Under the pieces are notes generated by a model, which saw only the letters and a program-made list of their open reading frames with translations, did not search any database and was not told the DNA's origin. A stretch of 64,000 bases of DNA from a virus (Duplodnaviria > Caudoviricetes), in IMG/VR virus record IMGVR_UViG_3300025372_000010, positions 32,001-96,000 of that record; one strand, given 5' to 3'. How positions within the stretch are numbered: the stretch's first letter is position 1; the number at the start of each line of letters is the position of its first letter. The translations under genes and the position numbers were made by a program. Below are positions 10,605-20,000 of this stretch, in pieces.

Positions 10605-13600
10605 ATGAAGATACGTATTACTAAACTACCTAAGCTACCTAAAGCACAAGTTGGAATGGCTTCCACTCCTATATACAGTGTTAATGGTAGACAGTTAGAT
10701 CCTAACAATCCAGCTGATGCTCAGGAGATTGCAAATGCTAAAGCTGCATCTGATGCGGCTAATGCTCATTTTGCACAACCTAGCTCTATTGATATGTCTC
10801 AGTTTAAAGCTCCTATGGTTGGTCCTGTTTATCAAGATCCAGAACCAGAGAGTCCATCTGATCCTTATGGAAATATAGCTCGTCCTAAAGCTCAAGGTCA
10901 GTTAGTAAACCCTAGTACAAATCCAGGATTACTTAACCAAGTTAATCAGATGTCTGATAATGTAGGTTATGAAATGGATCAAAGATATCAGACAGATCCT
11001 AAGTTTAAAAGAAGACTTGATAGAAGCACAAGACCTGCTAATATAAACACATCTAATAATGTTTCTAATGCTATTAGTAACTTACAAAACTTTGGACAAG
11101 ATCTTCAAAAAGGTATAGGTGTGACATCTGCTTTAACAGATATGTTTGTTACTAATCCTCAAAGACAAAGAGATAATCAAGCACGTGTAAGAAGTGCTAT
11201 GCAGACAGATAACTTATTTCCTTTAGTTCCAGGTAATATGTCTGGTAACAAAGGAGACTATGTAGCTGCAGGAAGTAGATATGGTGACTTTAGACCTGAT
11301 GAGAAAGTAGCTAATAAAGGTATGTATAGTAGCTCATTTTATCCTGAGATGAGAGCTTTTCAATTAGGTGGTGGGTTAGATTATATGATGCCTAGTACAG
11401 TGTTACCTTCTTATACACCATCTTCTACAGCATTGCCTGTAAGATCTGCTGCACCTAGTAATACTCCTAGTACTAGATCATATTCTAATAATACTAGTAA
11501 TGCACATAGTAGCAATAACTCAGGTTCTTTTCCTTCTCACTATGATCATAACAATCCAGGTAATATTCATATTGGTGGTTTTGCTAAACAATATGGAGCT
11601 ACACAAGGTAGACCAGATGGAGATGGTTATGTAGCAGTATTTCCAGATATGCAAACTGGAATAAAAGCTATGAAAGATTTGTTATTTGGATCAGCTTATA
11701 GTAACTTGCCAATAAGTGCTGCTAGAACTAAATGGGTTGGATATGATAATCCAAGCTCAAGAGCTATTGCTAATGCTGTAGGAAGTGATAAAAAGCTATC
11801 TGACTTAAGCCCAGAAGAAAGAGAAAAAGTATTTAATGAGTTTATTAGATGGGAAGATGCTAATGTATACAATCAAATGAAAAAACAAGGTCTTGCTTAT
11901 CAACAAGGCGGACAAACTAATAATATGAAAATACGTATAACAGGTGCACCTGAGGCTGCTTATGGTGGTCAGTTTGGTTTTGGTATTGATCTAGGTCAAC
12001 GTGGTACATATGATACTATTACTAAGAACTCTTATGAGCATGTATCAGATACTATACCAGAAGCTAAAAATGGTGGTGCTACTATTGAAGCTGAGAAAGG
12101 AGAAACTGTAGTTTATAATAAAGATGGTGTATTAGTACATCAGAAGATTGGCGGTAAGCGTCACTTTGCTGGTGGTACTCCATTAGCAGTTCCTCAAGGA
12201 AGCTTTATTTTCTCTGATACAAAGAAGATGAAGATTAAAAACCCTGCTATCTTAGCTCACTTTAATAAAACTTATAAAGCAGGTGGAATTACTCCAGCTG
12301 ATGTTGCTAAGCAATATGATATAAATAAGTACCAAGCTATTATAGATGATCCTCAAGCAGATGATTTATCTAAGAATACAGCTAAGCTTATGTTATCTAA
12401 CTACAAAAAGAAGCTAGGTGGTTTAGCTTTAGTACAAGAGTCTATGAAAGGATTCCCACAAGGAGTTCCTGAATTAGCTAAGTCAACTTTTGGTCCACAA
12501 AAGCCTACAGAAGATAATGACACTCAAGCTAAATATGGTGGTTATTTTGCTGATGGTGGAGAAAGTGGAGATCCTGTAACTGATGAAATGAAGAAAGCTG
12601 CTAAGAGAGCTCAGACTAAAAAAGACTTAGAAGGCTATACTAAAGTAGCTGATGCTGATGGTAGAGTTTACTATCAAAAGAAAACTAAAGTTAAAGATGC
12701 TCAGCATGTTCCAGGATCAGATACACCAGGTCATTATGAAAAAGGATACAATGTGGATTTAACTGTTCGTGATAATGGCGTATCTCCTGATGACATTATG
12801 AACAATCCTGATAAGTATAAAACTTTCCATAAGTTATTAGAAGGAGCTCCTGAGGATATTAAGCGTAAAGCTGCTGAAGATTTATACTATCATGGTCATA
12901 TGCCAGGTAAGTATGTACCAGGTGAAAAAACTCCAGATCAAGATATTCCAGAAGAATGGAAGACTGATTACTTATATGAAGAACCAGAGCAACCAACTAC
13001 TCCAGGTGGTGGTGGCGGGGATAATAATACTAGGACTATTCCTACTAAGTTTAATCAAGGACGTAAACCTTTCTTTGGACATAACTTATTTGTAGCTCCT
13101 CAAAGAGATGTAAACTATGCAGCTCCAATGAATGCTATGATGCCTGAGCCTACATTCTATGACCCTAGTAGAGAATTAGCTAGTAACGAAGAGCAGTCTA
13201 ATGCTATGTTAGCTTATATGTCTGGATTAGGTAGTCCTCAGTCATATGCTGCTAATGCATCTGCTGTACAAGGAAATGCTCTTAGAAATGCAGCTGATAT
13301 TAATGGTAGATATAATAACTTAAATGTAGGGGTAGCTAATCAATTTAGTCCTTTACAAACTAATATAATGAACCAGTTAATGCAATATCAAGCTAACAGA
13401 GCTGATACATTAGCTTGGAATCAAAACCAAATGAACAAGTCTTATAATAATAGTCTTAGAAACTATTTAGGATCTGTAGATAAATACAGAGCTAATGATT
13501 ACGACTACTACACTAAGAGAAATATTACTAATGCTGTTAATCCATACTTTAACTATGTAGATGGACCAGGTGGAGGTAATATTCAGTTTAAGCCAGGTGT

Positions 13601-13904
13601 AGATCAATACAGTATGATTACTGGTAGATTTAATATGCCAGGTATGCAACAACAGCAAGGTCTTAGCGGTGATCAATACTTAGCTACTATGCAAAATCTT
13701 AGATCTAAGTATAAAGACTTATCCCCAGGTCAGTTAAATAAAGCTATTGGATTAATGTATCCAGGTATGGGAGGTTCTGCTAACAATAGAGCAATGATGG
13801 CTCAGTATATGTCTCAAGCAATGAATAATCCTTATAACGCATCTAATCCAATATATCGTGGAGGTTATGATATTAATTCACCTTTTGATACTGGAGAAGA
13901 GTAA
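10605..13904 (+). CDS. Cargo/ejection protein with NNPGNI (putative lysozyme-like) module
   Basis: 1099 aa; 'HNNPGNI...AVFPDMQTGIKAM' module; 'IEAEKGETV...GKRHFAGGTP...FIFSD' module; xxxGG motifs. Confidence 0.65.
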   Translation: MKIRITKLPKLPKAQVGMASTPIYSVNGRQLDPNNPADAQEIANAKAASDAANAHFAQPSSIDMSQFKAPMVGPVYQDPEPESPSDPYGNIARPKAQGQLVNPSTNPGLLNQVNQMSDNVGYEMDQRYQTDPKFKRRLDRSTRPANINTSNNVSNAISNLQNFGQDLQKGIGVTSALTDMFVTNPQRQRDNQARVRSAMQTDNLFPLVPGNMSGNKGDYVAAGSRYGDFRPDEKVANKGMYSSSFYPEMRAFQLGGGLDYMMPSTVLPSYTPSSTALPVRSAAPSNTPSTRSYSNNTSNAHSSNNSGSFPSHYDHNNPGNIHIGGFAKQYGATQGRPDGDGYVAVFPDMQTGIKAMKDLLFGSAYSNLPISAARTKWVGYDNPSSRAIANAVGSDKKLSDLSPEEREKVFNEFIRWEDANVYNQMKKQGLAYQQGGQTNNMKIRITGAPEAAYGGQFGFGIDLGQRGTYDTITKNSYEHVSDTIPEAKNGGATIEAEKGETVVYNKDGVLVHQKIGGKRHFAGGTPLAVPQGSFIFSDTKKMKIKNPAILAHFNKTYKAGGITPADVAKQYDINKYQAIIDDPQADDLSKNTAKLMLSNYKKKLGGLALVQESMKGFPQGVPELAKSTFGPQKPTEDNDTQAKYGGYFADGGESGDPVTDEMKKAAKRAQTKKDLEGYTKVADADGRVYYQKKTKVKDAQHVPGSDTPGHYEKGYNVDLTVRDNGVSPDDIMNNPDKYKTFHKLLEGAPEDIKRKAAEDLYYHGHMPGKYVPGEKTPDQDIPEEWKTDYLYEEPEQPTTPGGGGGDNNTRTIPTKFNQGRKPFFGHNLFVAPQRDVNYAAPMNAMMPEPTFYDPSRELASNEEQSNAMLAYMSGLGSPQSYAANASAVQGNALRNAADINGRYNNLNVGVANQFSPLQTNIMNQLMQYQANRADTLAWNQNQMNKSYNNSLRNYLGSVDKYRANDYDYYTKRNITNAVNPYFNYVDGPGGGNIQFKPGVDQYSMITGRFNMPGMQQQQGLSGDQYLATMQNLRSKYKDLSPGQLNKAIGLMYPGMGGSANNRAMMAQYMSQAMNNPYNASNPIYRGGYDINSPFDTGEE

Positions 13905-13962
13905 ACCTAGTAAGTTTAGCTTTAAACTTTAAATATTTTTCGTTATATTATTAATGTACCCT

Positions 13963-16900
13963 ATGGCACAATACATCCCATACATACAAGATCAAGCTCC
14001 TGAACCAGTGTTATACCAACCTGATTGGGGGATGATTGGAACTGCCTTACAAAAGAAGGATTATCAGTACCAACAAGGAATTAATCAACTTCGTCAGGGG
14101 TATGGTTCGATTCTTAATGCACCTCTATCTAACTCAGAGAATATTCCTGTAAGAGATCAGTATGTAAAACAAGCTCAAGAAAGTCTTAAGAAGATTTCTG
14201 GAGCTGATCTTTCTTTACCAGAAAATGTACAAGCAGCTCAAAATATCTTCGAGCCTTTCTGGAATGACCCCTTTATTGTAAAAGATGCTAACTACACTCA
14301 ATGGTATCAGTCTCAACAACAAAAGCTTGCTAGTTGGAGAGATTCTCAAGATCCAAAGGTTAGATCTATGTACAGTCCTGTAATGGAACAATACCTTAAT
14401 CAAGGTTTAAATAAGCTACAAACTGCTAAGAGAACTCCTGAAGGCTTTTCTCGTATAGAAAGAAGAGAAGCCATTCCTTTTACTAATGTACAAGAATGGT
14501 TACAAGATAGAGCTAAAGATCAAGGTTTAAAGATTGATTGGACAGATGTATCTCCAGATGGTGCTTACCTTATAGATACTACCAATGGTCAAAAGACTCA
14601 GAAGAAGTTTTCTTCTTGGGCTGAGGGTATGATGGGTGATAACTTTAACGAGCAGTTTAAGATTGAAGGTAGAGTGAGAGCTGAGAATGTAGAAAACTAT
14701 ATTAAATCTCAACCTGCTAATGCTGGATTACCTCCTGAACAAATCAGAGCTAAAGTTGCTGATTATGTTATAACTAATCTTAAAAACGGATATGAGCAAA
14801 GAGTAGGAAAGATTGATAGTCAAATCTCTAGTATAGATAACTTATTAAAATCTTACCCTGCAAATATTAGTGATCCTGCACAAGCTCAAAAAGCTCAGCA
14901 GTTATTAGATGAAAGAAGACAGTTAGCTAGTTTAAAAGATAGTGTAAGTTCTGAATACGGTGGTATAGAAGATCCCAATAGTCCTTTGTATAAACAAACT
15001 ATACAAAGTGTTTTACAAGATCCTACTAATTATTTTGGTACCTTATCTAAACAATCTACTATTAATAACTGGGCTACAGCAAGAGCTGAAGTAGAAAGCA
15101 GAACTATTAAAGAAAACTCTTCTTTCTTTAAAGCTCAAGATATAAAAGAAAAGTATGATAATCTTAACTTCCAAAAACAAAAGGAAGCAGATCTTAAAGA
15201 TTATAGAGATAAATTATTAAGTATTAAAGGTGCTGGTGGATTAAGAGGAGCTGGTGGAACTGGAGCTGGGGGTGGAGGTAAAATGAGTTTTACTTTAGAC
15301 AACGATGGTAATGTAGTTCCAGTGTTTGGTCCTGCTACAGAGGGAGAACAACTTTCTACAGGAGCTAGAGTTAAAGGTTTAGGCTCAACAGATATTACTA
15401 CAACTCCTAGTGCATATGATGTATTTATGAACTATCAAGGAGCTTTATTAGGTACTGCTCATGATAAGACATTTAATCCAGAAAGTGGAGCTATTCGTTT
15501 TTTAACTAATGCAGGATTATCTGATGATGATGTAATGCAAATCAGTTCTGGTCTTAAGAGACAACTTACTGATGGAGAAAACTTCTCATGGAATCCTAAA
15601 GAAGTAACTGCTTTAGATAAGTTAGCTAAATCTCAAGGGTTTAGTAAATATTGGAAAGATAGTAAAGTGAGTAATATCCAACAAGGTATTCTTAACTATG
15701 CTAAAGACTATGTGAAGCAAAAGCATGATAATAATATTGACTTTACAGATGATGATACAAAAGTGTTACAAAACTATTTAGAAGCTAAACAAGCTAATGA
15801 TATGTTTGTAGCTAATGAAGATGACAGACAAAATCTTATTAAGAATAGTATCTTAACTGATCCTAAAACTTATGGAAAGATTACTGTTGATAGAGATGGT
15901 AAAAAAGATCTTATACAGCAATCTGATGTACAAAAGTTCTTTAAAGATAATGGTATTAAAGTTATAGATAAGTGGTCTGTATCTAGCGATCCTGAAGAAA
16001 AGGTAAGCTTAAAAGATTTGTCTAGAGCTTTTATGCAAGGTAAAGTTAAGTTTTCTACAGCAAAGCTTGCTGATATGGTTGAGCAAAGAGCTACTATTGA
16101 TGGTACCACTTATGCTATATTAGGTAATGTAGAAGGAATCAAATCTAGATTCGGAAGCTCTGAGGATTTTTCTAATCTATATATGAAAGCTAATACAACT
16201 GTAGTTCCTCATCTTAAGTACTTTGAGAACAAAACAGCTCGTATGGGTACTGTATGGGGATTAAACTTAGATGATTATAATAAAGATCCTCAAGGATTCC
16301 AAATAGTAGAGGAGGCATTATTACCATCTAATCAGCTTAATATATATGCTCAAGATAAAAATGGTAATCAAACTGTAGTAGATAACGATACTCGTAACGC
16401 TATAAAAATGTTATTAGGTAGTCGTGAGAATATTAAGAAGTATTTAGGTAATGCTGACTACTACACACAAGGAGTTAATGGTAACCCAACTCTTTCTTTT
16501 AATATAAAAGAGTTGTCTTCATCTGATAAGAATAATATTGGTGGAGTAGATCTTAACAAGTTAAACACAGATGTGTATAAGATTGAAATAAGTCCTGAAG
16601 CTAAAGGTCCAAATTTACGTAACTTACCACAGAATAGCGGTAACTATGTTTATCAAAAGCTTTTGCAGGGTGAGTCTATGCACAGTGATGATATGTTAAA
16701 CTCTTATGGAATTAGTTATGATATAGTTCCAAATAATAATACAAATCCTACAGGAGGATCTGTTACATTTAAGTACAACTTAAGAACTAATAAACTAAAC
16801 CCTACTACAGGACAAATGGAAATAGCTACTGTTCCTATGCAAGAGCGTAAAGTATTCTCATTTGAAGATGTAACTCCTGATCAAGTGGTAGGAATGATCC

Positions 16901-17028
16901 ATAGTAATATAGTTCAGTTGATGATGGTTAATCAACAAGCTAGTAAGCAGTATGAACAACATCAAAAAAGTAGTAATGCTCCTAGCTTTAATCTTCAAGC
17001 AGAGCTTAATAAACTAGGTATAAAATAA
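13963..17028 (+). CDS. Large cargo/ejection protein
   Basis: About 1021 aa (alternative start 13954); Cys-free; helical N-half; located between cargo genes and the vRNAP block. Confidence 0.65.
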   Translation: MAQYIPYIQDQAPEPVLYQPDWGMIGTALQKKDYQYQQGINQLRQGYGSILNAPLSNSENIPVRDQYVKQAQESLKKISGADLSLPENVQAAQNIFEPFWNDPFIVKDANYTQWYQSQQQKLASWRDSQDPKVRSMYSPVMEQYLNQGLNKLQTAKRTPEGFSRIERREAIPFTNVQEWLQDRAKDQGLKIDWTDVSPDGAYLIDTTNGQKTQKKFSSWAEGMMGDNFNEQFKIEGRVRAENVENYIKSQPANAGLPPEQIRAKVADYVITNLKNGYEQRVGKIDSQISSIDNLLKSYPANISDPAQAQKAQQLLDERRQLASLKDSVSSEYGGIEDPNSPLYKQTIQSVLQDPTNYFGTLSKQSTINNWATARAEVESRTIKENSSFFKAQDIKEKYDNLNFQKQKEADLKDYRDKLLSIKGAGGLRGAGGTGAGGGGKMSFTLDNDGNVVPVFGPATEGEQLSTGARVKGLGSTDITTTPSAYDVFMNYQGALLGTAHDKTFNPESGAIRFLTNAGLSDDDVMQISSGLKRQLTDGENFSWNPKEVTALDKLAKSQGFSKYWKDSKVSNIQQGILNYAKDYVKQKHDNNIDFTDDDTKVLQNYLEAKQANDMFVANEDDRQNLIKNSILTDPKTYGKITVDRDGKKDLIQQSDVQKFFKDNGIKVIDKWSVSSDPEEKVSLKDLSRAFMQGKVKFSTAKLADMVEQRATIDGTTYAILGNVEGIKSRFGSSEDFSNLYMKANTTVVPHLKYFENKTARMGTVWGLNLDDYNKDPQGFQIVEEALLPSNQLNIYAQDKNGNQTVVDNDTRNAIKMLLGSRENIKKYLGNADYYTQGVNGNPTLSFNIKELSSSDKNNIGGVDLNKLNTDVYKIEISPEAKGPNLRNLPQNSGNYVYQKLLQGESMHSDDMLNSYGISYDIVPNNNTNPTGGSVTFKYNLRTNKLNPTTGQMEIATVPMQERKVFSFEDVTPDQVVGMIHSNIVQLMMVNQQASKQYEQHQKSSNAPSFNLQAELNKLGIK

Positions 17029-17046
17029 TACATATCCTACAAACTT

Positions 17047-20000
17047 ATGGATTCTCTTAACTTTTTAATGCCTGACAATATAAATACGGACAATCTTGTA
17101 CCTCAAGATAATCCGACAGGTAGTTTATTAGATATACTTCAAACTTCTGGCCCTGGTCCTTCACAGCCAATTACTTTTGATCCTATTAAAAGTTTTCAGT
17201 TTCCTTCTTCTCCAACTTCTGAAGCAGCCGCTGCACCATTATTTTTTGATGCTCAAAGAACTAATGTTGATAGATATACTAACTCAGCTTACTTTAAGCA
17301 GTTAGGTTTTAATCCTTTAGAAGGAAATGCTAATGAATACAAGTATGGCTCTATGCAAACATGGGGTGATACTATGGGTAATGCTTTAGGTGGAGCTTGG
17401 AAGTTAGGAGCTAATACATTTATACAAGGATGGGAAGGATGGGGTAATATGGCTAATGCATTGACCTCATGGGATAGTAGTAAGTTAGTAGGAAGTCCAG
17501 AACAATTATACCAAAGTAACCAAGAGCAGAATGCTATCATGAACAAGTATGCAATCTTTGCTACTCCTGAATCAGATGCTGGTGGTGTATTTAATCGTAA
17601 GTTTTTTGGTGATATGGTTCAGCAAACTGGATTTGCTCTTGGAACTATTGCTCAGTTTTTATCAGAAGAGCTTATAACATATGGTTTATCTACAGAGTTT
17701 TCATTAGCTAAACTTGGAATTAAAGCTCCATCTTGGTTAGGTAAAGTTGTTACTAAATCAGAGTTATTAGCTGATATGACTAAGCTGGGTGAAAATATCT
17801 ATAAGGATAGAACCTTTGCTGAGAAGTTTGTAGAGAATGCTAGAAAGTTTGTTCCTTTCTTAGAGACAGGAGAAGAGATGGCTAAGTATTCTAAAGCTGG
17901 TGCTGGTGCTGCTCAAATAGCAGCTATTGGCGTTGGTGGATTAAGAAGAACATTAGCTGAAGCTAATATGTCTTTTACAGAAGCTCGTATGGAAGCTGCT
18001 AACACTTATGGTGATCTTTACAATAAGTTATATGATGAAGAGGTTGATAAGACAGGAGAAGTACCATCTGGTGATAAGTTAGCTAGAATGAAAGAGATAG
18101 CAATGAAAGCATCTAGTGATAACTTCTTTGTTAACTCAGGAATCTTAATGCTATCTAATAGATTACAGTTTGATAATTTATTAGGCAAGTTTAGTTTTGG
18201 TAGAGAGATATTAGGAGAAGGTGGTGGGTTTGCAGAAGACATCTTAAAAGTTACTGGTAAGGTAGGAGAAAATGAAACAACTAAAGTGTACCAAAAAGGA
18301 TTGATGGGTACACCTGGATTATATGGTAAGATAGCAGAAGACTTTGGAAAAAAAGAAGCTGCTTGGCAAGTTGCTAAGAGCTTAGGAAAGCATGCATTCA
18401 AATGGGAAACTAGTGAGGGTCTTCAAGAGGTTTTCCAAGATTTAAGTAATCAGTCCTTACAAAACTACTACTATGATTTGTATCATGGTATAAAAGGAGC
18501 TGACTTTAGTCCTAGCTTAGAAAAAGCTTGGGCACAGGAGAATCAAGGTAACCAAGGGTTAAAGACTTTCTTAATGGGAGCTTTAACTGGAAGCTTGATA
18601 TCTCCTATTGACTTTGCTATAGGCAGAGCCAAAACTTATGGAATGTCAACAGCTGAACAAAGACAGACAAGAGAAGCTGATGTAAAAGATGCTGTTGAAA
18701 TGCTTAATGGTTTTTATGAGAATCCAAACCGTTATCTTAATGAGCATATTGCTAATGTAAAGTTACAAGATCATGTAGCTAAAACTATGGATGAAGCTAT
18801 TGCTAATAGAGATAAATATGTGTTTAATAACTTTAGAGATAGTGGATTTGCTAAGATGGTTTCAGCTGCTATAAAGACAGACATGTATGAGTCTGTTATG
18901 AGCACATTAAGAAACTACGGTGAGAGTATGACTGACCAAGACTTCAAAGAAGCTTTTGGTATGGAGAAGAATAAATATAATATAGATTCTATAAAAGGAT
19001 TCTTTGATAAGGTTGCAAGTAGTGTTGAAGAGTTTCATAAGAACTGGAAGACATTACGAGATAGATATGCTGACTCTGTTATACCAGAAATATATAAAGA
19101 TGGCACTCCTGAAAAGAAGATTAGTTTAGCTGCTAAAAGAGCATTAGATGATGCTATTGAAATACTAGCTACTAACTCTTATAAAGGACAGAATGCTATT
19201 GTCAGAGCTACTGATTTACAAACTCAAATGGCAGCAACTCCAACTATTGGAGGATCATTAGAGAATGCATTTAGAATATTAGGTCATGCAGGTGAGACAG
19301 CTCAAGAAGCATACTTATTAGATCAAGAGATAACATCTTTAGAAAGTGCTGATAAGATTGATAGAGAAACTCGTAAGCTTATTACAGCTAAGAAAAAGCA
19401 ATTAGCTGCTCTTACTGATTGGTTAAAGAATCAAGATGCTCTAGAAAAGATGGGTATTGAAGAGAAACGTAGATTCAATAAAGCTAGAAAGTCTTTTAGA
19501 GACTATGTTAATTCTAAGAATGAGCAAGCTAAGCTAGATGTATCTATAAAGAATGATGACTTTGAGGATATCTATAAAAACTTCTTAGACTATATTCAAC
19601 TTAATAGTGATGCTAAACAGTATGTAGATGCATACAATGTTCTAGCTAATCCAACTAAGTTTATCTTAATGCATGAGCGTATGCTTGATGCTATATTAAA
19701 AACTGAAGAGACTTATAAGAAAGAACATGAGGCTGAGATTAAAGGTGAAAAACCTGAAGCTGAAGAAAAAACTGGTAGCTTAGCTGATTTAATGGAGAAA
19801 GGATTAACAGTTGATGAAGCTAATCCAGAGAAAGTAGAGAAAGAAGAAGCTGAGAAAAAGAATGTAGATAAGCAAGCTTTAGAGACTGAGTTACACGATG
19901 CATATAGAACATATGCACAAGAAGCTTATGAGCAAGGTAATACTCCAGCTAAACCATCTGAATGGATTCGTTTTGGTGAAACTGCTAGAAAGATATTAAC

